Positions 26,668 to 36,733 of a stretch of 60,865 nucleotides of DNA are shown one piece after another. Origin of the DNA: a virus (Duplodnaviria > Caudoviricetes); IMG/VR virus record IMGVR_UViG_3300025093_001645, positions 1 to 60,865 of that record. One strand, 5' to 3'. The position numbers and the translations under genes are program-made. Every line of letters starts with the position of its first letter. The first letter of the stretch is position 1. The notes beneath the pieces were generated by a model. The model saw nothing but the letters and a program-made list of their open reading frames with translations. It ran no database searches and was not told where the DNA came from.

Positions 26668-27310
26668 TAAGATAAAGAAACATCAGAAAAAAGAATATAT
26701 CTTATTTGGATCAATACCGCTTTTTTTAAAAGATAAATTAACAAATGAGATTGATATTGATGAATTAATAGTTTCAATACACAATACATTACCAAAACCG
26801 CCGGCTGATTTAATTAAATCGATTATTGTCTTGGATAGTCCTATATTTGCCAAGAAACAAGTTAATGCGTTTTATCACAACGATAGCCTGTATCTTACCA
26901 ATGAGCAAGATAATCTTATGGATATGTTGGATGATATAGTTCACGAATATGCGCATGCTTTAGAAAAAAAATATGCTAAAGAAATATATGGCGATCGTAA
27001 CATTATGGACGAATTTCTATCTAAGCGTGACCAATTAGAAAAAATTCTTAGATACGAAGGATTTGAAACACAAAAATATGATTTCGATAATATTAGTTAC
27101 AATAAAAAGCTTGACAATTTTTTATTAAATGTGGTAGGATATGAAAAGTTTAATAATTTAACTAAGTATGGACTTTTTATTAATCCATATGCTGCAACGT
27201 CTTTAAGAGAATATTTTGCAACTGGCTTTGAAGAATATGCCCTTGGAGATGATCAGGAATTAGTTACTATAAGTCCTAAATTATTTAATAAGATAAGAAG
27301 CCTATTTTAA
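26651..27310 (+). CDS. Zincin-like metallopeptidase (lethal factor/MtfA-like motif arrangement)
   Basis: VHEYAHAL, then YAATSLREYFA. Confidence 0.75.
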   Translation: MNKILDKIKKHQKKEYILFGSIPLFLKDKLTNEIDIDELIVSIHNTLPKPPADLIKSIIVLDSPIFAKKQVNAFYHNDSLYLTNEQDNLMDMLDDIVHEYAHALEKKYAKEIYGDRNIMDEFLSKRDQLEKILRYEGFETQKYDFDNISYNKKLDNFLLNVVGYEKFNNLTKYGLFINPYAATSLREYFATGFEEYALGDDQELVTISPKLFNKIRSLF

Positions 27311-27314
27311 TATT

Positions 27315-28091
27315 ATGAAAAAAACACACGTTTCGTTTTCCGAGGTAAAAACTTGGGATGAGTGCACCTGGAAGCACAAACTAGATTACATTGACAAGAT
27401 TAAAGTCTTTAAAGGCAATGAATATACTGCCTTTGGAAAAGCAATCCATACGGTTGGAGAGATATTAGTTTTTGATGATAAGCAGGACGCACAAAGTTTA
27501 TTTGAAAATAATTTCTTGAATGAACTTAAGATTTTAAAGGAAGAAGATAAAGCAGTCACCTTCGATGCAAAATTAGTTAATGATATGCGCGCCCAAGGCC
27601 TCCAATTGGCCCCACAGCTTCTTCCGGGTTTAGAAGAATATTTTGAAAAATATGAAGTTTGTGCTACCGAAGAAGAACTAATGGTGCCGATCGATGGAGT
27701 AGATTATAATTTTAAAGGCTTTATTGACCTTGTACTAAAAAAAGATGAGTATTACCATATAATTGACTGGAAATCCTGTTCTTGGGGATGGAATTCAAAA
27801 AAGAAAACCGATCGAATGCTGTCATATCAATTAACTTTATATAAGCACTTTTATGCCAAGAAGCATAATATTGATCCTTCAAAGATAAAGACTCATTTCG
27901 CTTTATTGAAAAGAACTGCTAAAAATAATCAAGTTGAAATATTTGAAGTAAAGGCCGGCCCAAAAAAAATCGACAACGCTCTTAAATTAATTAAAAAGAT
28001 GTTATATAATGTTGAAAGACAAAATTTTATTAAAAATAAATTGTCTTGCACGTACTGTCCATATGATGGTACCAAACATTGTATAAAATAA
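27315..28091 (+). CDS. PD-(D/E)XK exonuclease (RecB/Cas4-like)
   Basis: SFS...C; KGFIDLV; IIDWKS; QLTLY; C-terminal CTYCPY...C. Confidence 0.9.
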   Translation: MKKTHVSFSEVKTWDECTWKHKLDYIDKIKVFKGNEYTAFGKAIHTVGEILVFDDKQDAQSLFENNFLNELKILKEEDKAVTFDAKLVNDMRAQGLQLAPQLLPGLEEYFEKYEVCATEEELMVPIDGVDYNFKGFIDLVLKKDEYYHIIDWKSCSWGWNSKKKTDRMLSYQLTLYKHFYAKKHNIDPSKIKTHFALLKRTAKNNQVEIFEVKAGPKKIDNALKLIKKMLYNVERQNFIKNKLSCTYCPYDGTKHCIK

Positions 28092-29368
28092 GGCGTAATA
28101 TGGAAGCTTCTGTAGAGAAAATTAAAGTTTTAGTTTTGAGCGATCATCCATTGTCACCATCTGGAGTTGGCACACAAACTAAATATATGATCGAAGCCTG
28201 TCTTAAAACAGGAAGATATAAGTTTGCTTGTTTTGGTGGAGCGATTAAACATCAAGATTACAGGCCAATGAAGACAGATCAATGGGGAGATGATATGATT
28301 ATTTACCCTGTTGATGGATATGGAAATCACGATATGGTTCGTGGTATGCTGGCAACATTCAAGCCTGATATTGTCTGGTTTATGACAGATCCTAGATTTT
28401 TTGGTTGGCTGTGGGAAATTGAAAATGAAATTCGAGCAGTAGCCCCAATGATTTATTATCACGTTTGGGATAACTATCCTTATCCAAAGTTTAATAAAGT
28501 TTGGTATAAATCTTGTGATCAGATTGTTGCAATATCAAAAGTAACTCACGATATTGTCAAAACGGTAGCCCCTGAGGTTGATTCTTGTTATCTTCCGCAT
28601 GCTGTTAATCAAGATATCTTTAAACCACAAGATAAAGCAGAATGTAAAGAATACATAGCTAAACTCTTACCTTCAATGAAAGATAAATTCTTATTTTTCT
28701 GGAATAATAGAAATGCTAGAAGAAAACAAAGCGGATCTTTATTATTTTGGTTCGCAGAATTTGCTGAAAAAGTTGGAAAAGAAAATGTGGGTCTCATTAT
28801 GCATACAAACCCAAGAGATCCTCACGGTCAGGATTTGAATGCTATTATTACAGAGCTAGGCCTTATGGATGGCACAGTTATGTTTTCGACAACAGCAGTT
28901 GAACCACAAATACTAGCAAAACTATATAACGCTGCAGATTGTACTATTAATATTTCTGATGCCGAGGGTTTTGGTCTGGCTACTTTAGAATCATTAGCTT
29001 GTGGAACTCCTATTATTGCTAATATGACCGGTGGCTTGCAAGAACAAGTAACTGATGGTGAAAACTTTTTTGGAATTGGCCTTACACCATCATCTAAAGC
29101 AATAATTGGTTCCCAAGATGTACCTTATATTTATGAGGATAGACTCGATAACAAGCAAGTTGTTGAGGCTTTGCTAAAGATCTATGAAATGTCTCCCGAA
29201 GAGCGCCAAGAACTTGGTCGCCTAGGCTTAGAACACGTTAATAAAAATTATAATTTTGAAGATTATGAAAAAGGTTGGGTCGATATTATGGATAAAGCTT
29301 ATGAAAAATATGGCTCATATAGCAACAGAAAAGGATATCAAAGTTGGTCCTTAAAAGAGGTGGTATAA
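28079..29368 (+). CDS. GT-B (GT4-like) glycosyltransferase
   Basis: RNARRKQ; LYNAADC...AEGFGLATLESLACGTP. The start may be ATG 28100. Confidence 0.92.
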   Translation: MYKIRRNMEASVEKIKVLVLSDHPLSPSGVGTQTKYMIEACLKTGRYKFACFGGAIKHQDYRPMKTDQWGDDMIIYPVDGYGNHDMVRGMLATFKPDIVWFMTDPRFFGWLWEIENEIRAVAPMIYYHVWDNYPYPKFNKVWYKSCDQIVAISKVTHDIVKTVAPEVDSCYLPHAVNQDIFKPQDKAECKEYIAKLLPSMKDKFLFFWNNRNARRKQSGSLLFWFAEFAEKVGKENVGLIMHTNPRDPHGQDLNAIITELGLMDGTVMFSTTAVEPQILAKLYNAADCTINISDAEGFGLATLESLACGTPIIANMTGGLQEQVTDGENFFGIGLTPSSKAIIGSQDVPYIYEDRLDNKQVVEALLKIYEMSPEERQELGRLGLEHVNKNYNFEDYEKGWVDIMDKAYEKYGSYSNRKGYQSWSLKEVV

Positions 29369-30649
29369 ATGAGAAAAGTAATTGTTAGAGGACCTGCTTT
29401 AACTAGAAGTGGGTATGGCGAGCACGTAAGGTTTATTATGAGATCTCTTAGAGAAGAACAAGATTTAGATCTCTATCTTATTCCTACATCTTGGGGAACT
29501 ACTGGCTGGGCCCTCGCAGAAGAAAAAGATGAAGAACGTATCTGGCTTGATAGTGTGATAGAAAAAACGCAAGCAGCCTTGCAGAACAAGCAGACATTCG
29601 ATGTAAGTGTACAAGTTTCAATTCCTAATGAATGGGAAAAGTTATGCCCAGTAAATATTGGAGTTACGGCCGGCATTGAAACAACTAAAGTTGCTCCTGG
29701 CTGGCTAGAGAAAGGTAACTTGATGGATAGAATTGTTGTACCATCTCAGCATTCAAAAGAAGTTTATCAAAAAACAGTAGTTGACGCGCAAATAACGAAT
29801 ACAGGAGAGATGATTAAATATATATGTGAAACTCCTATTGATGTCGTGGGATATCCTGTAAAACAATATGATAGTTGTGTTCTAGAGCTAGATTTAAAGA
29901 CAGATTTCAATTTCTTAAATGTTGCGCAATGGGGCCCAAGAAAAAATATAGAAAACTGTATTCGATGGTTTATTGAGGAATTCTATGATGAAGAAAATGT
30001 TGGTTTAATTCTTAAAACTAATTTATCAAAAAATTCTTTCTTAGATCGAACAGCAGTAGAAAATAAAATTAAATATATATTGCAAGAAAAGAATTATAAA
30101 GATAAAAAATGTAAAATTTATCTTCTCCATGGTGACTTTTCTGACCAAGAGATGCACGAACTTTATCGTAATCCAAAAATAAAAGCTTTATTGTCAACCT
30201 CTCATGGTGAAGGTTATGGCTTGCCAATGTTTGAGGCAGCGTATGAAGGATTGCCTATTATTGCTCCGGAGTGGAGTGGTTACTTAGATTTTCTTTGTAT
30301 GCCCGTAAAAAATAAAAAGGGCAAAGAAAGAATTAAGCCTATGTTTGCGTGTGTTAATTACACACTACAGAATATACAAAAGCAAGCTGTTTGGCAAGGA
30401 GTATTGGAAGCAGACTCTAAGTGGGCATATGCCGAAGAAGGATCATTCAAGAAACAAATTAGAGAAGTTTTTAAAGATCACGGTAGATTCAAGAAACAAG
30501 CTAGACAACTACAAGATTGGGTCACGGAAGAGTTCAACGAGAAAAAGCAAAATGTTTCATTAGTTGAATCAATTCGAAAAGCACTGCCAGAAGAAGTAGA
30601 TATCTATAAAGATGCGATGCAGATGGCTGCAGTCGAGAGTCTAATTTAA
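29369..30649 (+). CDS. GT-B (GT4-like) glycosyltransferase
   Basis: SGYG; PRKN; SHGEGYGLPMFEAA...LPII. Confidence 0.9.
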   Translation: MRKVIVRGPALTRSGYGEHVRFIMRSLREEQDLDLYLIPTSWGTTGWALAEEKDEERIWLDSVIEKTQAALQNKQTFDVSVQVSIPNEWEKLCPVNIGVTAGIETTKVAPGWLEKGNLMDRIVVPSQHSKEVYQKTVVDAQITNTGEMIKYICETPIDVVGYPVKQYDSCVLELDLKTDFNFLNVAQWGPRKNIENCIRWFIEEFYDEENVGLILKTNLSKNSFLDRTAVENKIKYILQEKNYKDKKCKIYLLHGDFSDQEMHELYRNPKIKALLSTSHGEGYGLPMFEAAYEGLPIIAPEWSGYLDFLCMPVKNKKGKERIKPMFACVNYTLQNIQKQAVWQGVLEADSKWAYAEEGSFKKQIREVFKDHGRFKKQARQLQDWVTEEFNEKKQNVSLVESIRKALPEEVDIYKDAMQMAAVESLI

Positions 30650-30653
30650 AGTT

Positions 30654-31310
30654 ATGAATCTAGGAATAGTACAGATTACAAATCAAAATCCTATACGAAG
30701 GAAATTATTGCTAAGCAAAATTATTCCTAAGTGCATAGAGATCTGTAATGGAAATTATACTTTAGTTGCGCCTAACAATGAAGAATTAAAAAATTTAGTT
30801 GAAGATTTGGGCGGCGTATTCTCAAACTATACTGCTTGGGAAAAAGATATGTCAAGAAAATGGCGCCAAGGCTTGCAGACAAGAAAAGAAGAATGGATAG
30901 CTTTTTTGGCTGATGACATATTGCCCGATGATGACTGGTATACTAATATGTCTAAATATCTAAAAGATAAACAGCCCGGCCAGTACGGCTTTCGATTAAC
31001 AGATGCAGAGGGAAAGCGTCATGAATTTGGCGAAGACTGGATGCAGTTTCCTAGTAGAAAAACTGGTGCTACCCATAGGGGATTAAATTATGATACTACT
31101 ACTGGTGAAATTGAAGATTCTTTGACTGCGTATGTAGCTAATTGCGTTGTTCATCAAGATGTTTTAAAGATGGTGGAACCATTTGGCATATATGGGAGCG
31201 CTCCCGATGTCGTATGGAGCTTATCCATAAGACAGTGTGGTTTTCCTATTAGTTTCAATCCTTTAGCACGAGCTTATCATCTTGGGGATAGACAGGATAA
31301 TAGAAAATGA
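30654..31310 (+). CDS. GT-A fold (GT2-like) glycosyltransferase
   Basis: WIAFLADDI (DxD-like), PDVVWSL, RAYHLG; located in the sugar cluster. Confidence 0.65.
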   Translation: MNLGIVQITNQNPIRRKLLLSKIIPKCIEICNGNYTLVAPNNEELKNLVEDLGGVFSNYTAWEKDMSRKWRQGLQTRKEEWIAFLADDILPDDDWYTNMSKYLKDKQPGQYGFRLTDAEGKRHEFGEDWMQFPSRKTGATHRGLNYDTTTGEIEDSLTAYVANCVVHQDVLKMVEPFGIYGSAPDVVWSLSIRQCGFPISFNPLARAYHLGDRQDNRK

Positions 31311-31705
31311 TTCATTCGACTGCGAATATATATGATTCTGCCCAAATAGGCGAAGGTACTAAAGTAGGTGCTTTTGCAGAAATTGGACATAAAGTAATAA
31401 TTGGCAAAAATTGTTCCATAGGCTTTGGTGTTTTTATTCCGGAAAATGTAATAGTCCAAGATAACGTCTTTATTGGTCCTGGAACAGTTTTTACAAACGA
31501 TAAATATGCACCATCAAAAGGCAAGTGGAAAGAAGAGCCCCCAACAATTGTTGAATCTAATGTATCTATTGGCGCCAATGCAACAATTCTGCCAAATTTA
31601 ATTATTGGTCAAAGCTCTAAGATAGGCGCCGGCAGCGTAGTTACAAAAAATGTAGAATCTAATAGCATAATGGCTGGCAACCCAGCGAGGAACATAAAAA
31701 AATGA
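31307..31705 (+). CDS. Left-handed beta-helix sugar N-acetyltransferase (WbpD/WlbB-like)
   Basis: Hexapeptide repeats; FIGPGTVFTND; IGANATILP; GAGSVVTK; GNPAR. Confidence 0.88.
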   Translation: MIHSTANIYDSAQIGEGTKVGAFAEIGHKVIIGKNCSIGFGVFIPENVIVQDNVFIGPGTVFTNDKYAPSKGKWKEEPPTIVESNVSIGANATILPNLIIGQSSKIGAGSVVTKNVESNSIMAGNPARNIKK

Positions 31706-32520
31706 TAGAATTAACAGTTGGTCTTCCAATGTACAGAAGTAGAGAAATAGCATGGCTAGCCTTAGAAAGCTTATGTCGACAAAAAGATATTGATTTTAAA
31801 TGGGAGTTATTGATAATCGAAGAAGAAGAAGAATGTTTCGGTCAAGAAAAAGTAAAAGAGTATGTTTCAAGATTAAAAGAAAATGGCTGCACGAGATTGG
31901 AATATATTTCTTTAAAACAATGGATACCATTATCACTTAAATGGAAGCAGCTAGCTAATATGTCCAGTGACTCTTCAAAATGTTTTTTGTTACAGGCAGC
32001 TGATTGTTATGCACAACCATATCGTTTAAAAGAAACAAATGATATCTTTAAGAAAGATAAAAATATTGACTGGGTTCAATCTAAAAATGGCTTCTTTTAT
32101 GATATTACAAATAAAAAAAGTGCAATATTTGATCATAATTTATGTCGGATTTCCCACATACCCGACCATAGTCTTCATCCATGTTCCCTGAACATGGCTA
32201 TAAAAACTAATTTAATCAAAAGGCTTTCTCCACAACATGTCAGACGCAGCGTAGATAGTTTTTTGTTTAAAAATTTGACTAGTCAAAAAGGTTCCTCTTT
32301 AAAAGTTGAATGGAATCATTCTGATAATTGGAGGCTAGGATTTGACACAGACGGCTTAAATAACATTTCTCGCGATCGAAGTCGGCTAATATGCGGAATT
32401 AAACCTCCTTTTGTAGCGCTTCCCAAGGGAGAACAATTAGAGAAATATATTCCTTCTGATATATTATCTATGTTATATGATTGTTATTCTGCTGCAAGAA
32501 AAAATAAGTTAATACCGTAA
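31702..32520 (+). CDS. GT-A fold (GT2-like) glycosyltransferase
   Basis: LTVGLPMY...ALESLCRQ...WELLII; QAADCYAQPYRL. Confidence 0.75.
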   Translation: MIELTVGLPMYRSREIAWLALESLCRQKDIDFKWELLIIEEEEECFGQEKVKEYVSRLKENGCTRLEYISLKQWIPLSLKWKQLANMSSDSSKCFLLQAADCYAQPYRLKETNDIFKKDKNIDWVQSKNGFFYDITNKKSAIFDHNLCRISHIPDHSLHPCSLNMAIKTNLIKRLSPQHVRRSVDSFLFKNLTSQKGSSLKVEWNHSDNWRLGFDTDGLNNISRDRSRLICGIKPPFVALPKGEQLEKYIPSDILSMLYDCYSAARKNKLIP

Positions 32521-32628
32521 CTCTACTATATTGACAATAAAATAATATATGAAGATCGATCAAAATTCTATTTTTTCGAATGGAAGACAAACGTGCACCG
32601 TTGAATTTCGAGGAGATGTTGAAACAAA

Positions 32629-33630
32629 ATGAAAATAATATCTATTATAGGTACCCGGCCTCAATATATCAAGGTTAAACCATTTTATGATTTTTGTTTA
32701 CAGATGAGTGTCAATCACAAGATCGTAGATACTTTACAGCATTATTCTGATAACGTTTCAAAAAATCTAATAGAGGATTTAAATTTAAAAATAGACTATT
32801 CTATTGATGCTGACAAAGAAAATGAAATATCTTTTATGGCGACCTCACTCTTAAAATTGCAAGATATCCTAAACAAAGAAAGACCAGATGTTGTTTTAAC
32901 TTATGGAGATACAAATTCTTCTTTATGCGCTTCGTTAGTATCTTACAAATTAAAAATACCAGTGGTTCATATAGAAGCAGGACTAAGATGTGGCGATCAT
33001 AAGGTTCCGGAAGAAGTTAATAGAATATTCGCAGATACTGTGGCTGATTTAAAATTTTGTTCTTCTACGGGCGCATTAAAAAATTTAAAAGATGGAATAT
33101 ATTGTGGAGATCTAGAATATGAGCTTCTTAACAGCTTGGATCCGGAGATAACGTCTGGTAATTTTGGCATTATGACACTCCATAGACAATCAAATATCGA
33201 TATTGAACGTTTAAAAAGTGTAATGAATTTTTGTTCAAGAATTCCATATAAAATAAAATTTTTTGTACATCATAGAACAAAGCCGTTTTTAAAAAAAATA
33301 TGTATTCCGGAAAATATTGAAATTTATGATTCTTGCGTCTATACCAAAATGGTAGAAAACTTATCTAATTCTAAATTTTTTATAACTGATTCTGGTGGTA
33401 TACAAAAAACTACTCCGTTTTTTGGAAAAAAAGCTTTAATATTGAGAAATAAAATAGAATGGATAGAAACAGAGCAGGAAGGCTTTGTTAAAAGATCAAG
33501 CCTAGAAGATGAAGATATAAAATGGCTTTTATCCCCCGCGCCAAAACGAAAAAAAAGATTCTATTTAGATTTACATTTAGATCCTTCTAGTGTAATATAT
33601 AAATCTATAAAAACAAAGATTTATGTATGA
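32629..33630 (+). CDS. UDP-N-acetylhexosamine 2-epimerase (WbpI/WlbD-like)
   Basis: IGTRPQYIK; QHY; YGDTNS; HIEAGLR; PEEVNR; TLHR; TDSGGIQ. Confidence 0.9.
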   Translation: MKIISIIGTRPQYIKVKPFYDFCLQMSVNHKIVDTLQHYSDNVSKNLIEDLNLKIDYSIDADKENEISFMATSLLKLQDILNKERPDVVLTYGDTNSSLCASLVSYKLKIPVVHIEAGLRCGDHKVPEEVNRIFADTVADLKFCSSTGALKNLKDGIYCGDLEYELLNSLDPEITSGNFGIMTLHRQSNIDIERLKSVMNFCSRIPYKIKFFVHHRTKPFLKKICIPENIEIYDSCVYTKMVENLSNSKFFITDSGGIQKTTPFFGKKALILRNKIEWIETEQEGFVKRSSLEDEDIKWLLSPAPKRKKRFYLDLHLDPSSVIYKSIKTKIYV

Positions 33631-34712
33631 TACCCTTATTTGATCTAAATCGAATTTTAAATAAATCAGTGGATGAATTAAAAAGTGCATTTGATCGATG
33701 CCTGCGAGAAGCTAAATTTATCAACGGACCAGATGTAAAAAAATTTGAAGATGAATTATCAAATTATTTAAATATCTCAAATGTAATCGGAGTTTCAAGT
33801 GGCACTGATGCACTATTAGCTTCATTTTTATCCCTTGGTTTAGAAAGAGGTGATGAAATCCTAGTCACATCATTCACTTTCGCAGCTTCGGCTACATCAA
33901 TCATACGCGCTGGTTTAAGGCCTATTTTCGTTGATTTAAGTGCTGATTCATTCCATCCCTCCATTGAGGATTATAAAGCCGCTAAAACGGCAAAAACTAG
34001 GGGTATATTAGCTGTACATTTATTTGGAGAGCCAAATAATTTATCCGACTTACAAGAGTATTGCAATCAAGAAGGTATATATCTAATTGAAGATTGCGCA
34101 CAGTCTTTAGGAAGTGAGTGGAAAAATAAAAAAGTTGGCACATACGGCGATATTTCAACGTTTAGTTTCTTTCCTGCTAAAAACTTAGGTTGTTTTGGCG
34201 ACGGAGGAGCTGTTGCTACTTCGCGGGATAATCTGGCAGAAAAAGTCAAAATGGTCAGAAGTCACGGTTCAAAGCAAAAATACGAACACGAAATATTGGG
34301 CGGCAATTTTAGATTAGATACGTTACAAGCAGCAATATTGTCGGTTTTGCTTCCTGAGCTGGATGCTTGGATAGACAAAAGAAGAGATAATGCAATGTAT
34401 TACACTAAACATTTTAAAGATTTAGAGGCATTAAAATTACCTCACGCTGTTCACGGCCATTCTTGGAATCAGTACACATTAAGGACAGACAAAAGAGATG
34501 AATTAAAAAAATGGCTCGATACGCACCAGATCGGAAATGCCATATATTATCCGAAAGCTTTACACAAACAGAAAGTTTTTGATTGCGATATATCTTTACC
34601 TGAAGCAGAAAAAAGATGCAATGAAGTGCTTTCTTTACCAATTTATCCTGGACTTTCAGAAGAAGAACGTGATATAATTGTTGAAACAGTAATAAATTTC
34701 TTTACGAGGTAA
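33627..34712 (+). CDS. DegT/DnrJ/EryC1/StrS aminotransferase (WbpE/WlbC-like)
   Basis: SSGTDAL; IEDCAQS; SFFPAKNLGCFGDGG (PLP lysine); NFRLDTLQAA; LSLPIYP. Confidence 0.93.
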   Translation: MIPLFDLNRILNKSVDELKSAFDRCLREAKFINGPDVKKFEDELSNYLNISNVIGVSSGTDALLASFLSLGLERGDEILVTSFTFAASATSIIRAGLRPIFVDLSADSFHPSIEDYKAAKTAKTRGILAVHLFGEPNNLSDLQEYCNQEGIYLIEDCAQSLGSEWKNKKVGTYGDISTFSFFPAKNLGCFGDGGAVATSRDNLAEKVKMVRSHGSKQKYEHEILGGNFRLDTLQAAILSVLLPELDAWIDKRRDNAMYYTKHFKDLEALKLPHAVHGHSWNQYTLRTDKRDELKKWLDTHQIGNAIYYPKALHKQKVFDCDISLPEAEKRCNEVLSLPIYPGLSEEERDIIVETVINFFTR

Positions 34713-34714
34713 TA

Positions 34715-35647
34715 ATGAAAAAATTTGGTTTAATAGGAGCAGCAGGTTATATTGCTCCACGTCATATGAAAGCAATAAAAGAGACTGGCAACACATTAGA
34801 AGCTGCCTTAGATCCTAATGATTCAGTAGGTATAATCGACTCATATTTTCCTAAAGCGTCTTTCTTTACGGAGATTGAGAGGTTTGATAGACATGTAGAT
34901 AAGCTAAGAAGAAAAGGAAAAGCATTAGATTATATTAGTATATGTTCTCCGAATTATTTACACGATGCACATGTTCGCTTAGCTTTAAGAAATGAAGTAA
35001 ATGTAATTTGTGAAAAACCAATGGTTTTAAATCCTGAAAATCTAGATTACTTACAATTACTAGAGGATGAAAGTGGCAAGAAGATTAATAATATTTTGCA
35101 ATTGCGACTTCACGATTCAATTAGAGAGCTGAAACAGACAGTTGACAAGAGCAAAGTATATGATGTTGATTTAACTTATCTTACTTCAAGAGGCTTGTGG
35201 TATCATTATTCTTGGAAAGGAGACAAAAATAAATCCGGCGGATTACCAACCAATATAGGTATACACTTTTTTGATATGCTTACATGGATCTTTGGCGATG
35301 TAATTAAAAATGAAGTACACGTTGCTAAAAATGATATATGGTCTGGGATACTTCGTTTAGAGAATGCCAATGTTAGATGGCTTTTGAGTTGCAACTCAAA
35401 GTATCTTCCTATCGAAGTAAAAAAGCAAGGAAAAACAACTTATCGGTCTCTAAGCATCGATGAGAAAGAATTTGAATTTAGTACTGGATTTACCGAGTTG
35501 CATACAAAAAGTTATGAAGAGATTTTAAAAGGAAATGGATTTAATATTGATGATGTAAAAACATCTATTAAATTAGTTCATAATATGAAGTATAATATTC
35601 CAACTGGAGTAGTAAAAGACTCGCATCCAATTTTAAAAAAACTGTAA
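34715..35647 (+). CDS. wbpB: UDP-GlcNAcA 3-dehydrogenase (Gfo/Idh/MocA family, WbpB/WlbA-like)
   Basis: LIGAAGYIAPRHMKAIK...DSVGIIDS...DYISICSPNYLH...ICEKP...TNIGIHFFD closely follows the WbpB sequence as I recall it. Confidence 0.9.
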   Translation: MKKFGLIGAAGYIAPRHMKAIKETGNTLEAALDPNDSVGIIDSYFPKASFFTEIERFDRHVDKLRRKGKALDYISICSPNYLHDAHVRLALRNEVNVICEKPMVLNPENLDYLQLLEDESGKKINNILQLRLHDSIRELKQTVDKSKVYDVDLTYLTSRGLWYHYSWKGDKNKSGGLPTNIGIHFFDMLTWIFGDVIKNEVHVAKNDIWSGILRLENANVRWLLSCNSKYLPIEVKKQGKTTYRSLSIDEKEFEFSTGFTELHTKSYEEILKGNGFNIDDVKTSIKLVHNMKYNIPTGVVKDSHPILKKL

Positions 35648-35658
35648 AAGGATAGAAT

Positions 35659-36453
35659 ATGAAAACAATTGCAATCATCGGGCGTGGATATGTAGGAAAC
35701 GCTATGTTTGGGTTTTTCGAGAATCATTATAATATGATGACGTATGATCTAAATCCGGAAGTTTGTACTCATTCCATAGAAGAAATAAATGAAAAAGCAG
35801 ATTGTGCAGTGGTTTGTCTTCCAACTGAGATGTTGCCTGACGGATCTTGTGATATTTCTTTAGTAGAGAATGCCGTTTCAAAATTAGAGACAGATTTGAT
35901 AATTATTAAATCTACTGTCGCAGTTGGCACTACCAAAGCATTGGCGATGAAGTATAATAAAAAAATAGTTTTCTCACCAGAGTTCGCCGGCGAATCAAAA
36001 TATTGGAGTCCATATAAGTTTGATACTGATGTTAAAGAGATGCCGCATTATATTTTTGGCGGCAATGGCTCTGATTGTTCTCAAGTATTAGATCTTTATA
36101 TGAAAGTAGGTGGCCCAACTAAAAGATATTTGGTCACAGACCACAATACAGCGGAGATGGTAAAATATGTAGCTAATACTTTTTATGCCACTAAGGTAAC
36201 TTTTTGCAATGAAATGTATGATATATGTAAAGCCCTGGGGACTGATTGGAACAGGGTTAGGGAGTTGTGGCTTAATGACCCTCGCGTTAATCGTATGCAC
36301 ACCGCTGTTTTTGCTAATAATCGTGGCTATGGAGGAAAGTGTTTTCCTAAAGATGTCAATGCGATGATAAAAATTGCTGAAAAAGCAGATGTAAAATCTG
36401 TAGTTTTGAATGCAGTAAATGAAGCAAATGATAATTTTAGAAACAAAAAATAA
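35659..36453 (+). CDS. UDP-glucose/GDP-mannose 6-dehydrogenase family, short form
   Basis: GRGYVG; CLPT; IKSTV; SPEF; AEMVKY..N; GYGGKCFPKD. At 264 aa it has no C-terminal UDP-binding domain. Confidence 0.88.
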   Translation: MKTIAIIGRGYVGNAMFGFFENHYNMMTYDLNPEVCTHSIEEINEKADCAVVCLPTEMLPDGSCDISLVENAVSKLETDLIIIKSTVAVGTTKALAMKYNKKIVFSPEFAGESKYWSPYKFDTDVKEMPHYIFGGNGSDCSQVLDLYMKVGGPTKRYLVTDHNTAEMVKYVANTFYATKVTFCNEMYDICKALGTDWNRVRELWLNDPRVNRMHTAVFANNRGYGGKCFPKDVNAMIKIAEKADVKSVVLNAVNEANDNFRNKK

Positions 36454-36532
36454 TTGTGTAACAGATACAGTAAACAGTACTGCGCAGGAATGTGCAGAAT
36501 TATTAAAAAATATATTTTAAAGGAGATTAATA

Positions 36533-36733
36533 ATGTTTAAACTTTCAGATGAAGCCCTTGGCGCAGTTATGATGGCGCTACAAAAGTCTTTAATGGAGCA
36601 GAGTGATATTGTACCAGTGCTAAAAGGATTCAATTTTAAAGCAAATGAAAATCAAGAATTGTTTGTTATGAATCCTCCTGTTGTTAAAATGAATCACGAT
36701 GATTATGAAACTTTGACTGATACTGATGCCTAA
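36533..36733 (+). CDS. Hypothetical protein
   Basis: SD AAGGAG; 66 aa. Confidence 0.75.
   Translation: MFKLSDEALGAVMMALQKSLMEQSDIVPVLKGFNFKANENQELFVMNPPVVKMNHDDYETLTDTDA

Noticed and set aside
27315-28091. Cas4-like nuclease as evidence of a CRISPR-Cas system
   Set aside because: No repeat-spacer array or other cas genes are visible, and solo PD-(D/E)XK nucleases are common in phages.
32521-32628. Gap with TTGACA and a possible 27-aa ORF
   Set aside because: I found no convincing -10 at proper spacing and no SD for the micro-ORF.
28079-36453. Bacterial chromosomal O-antigen locus
   Set aside because: There is no wzx, wzy, wzz or initiating transferase, and it is flanked by phage genes with continuous phage-style gene packing.
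36454-36532. CTGCGCA-GGAA-TGTGCAG hairpin and short ACAG repeats
   Set aside because: It is a single small hairpin with no U-tract, too little to call a terminator or RNA element.
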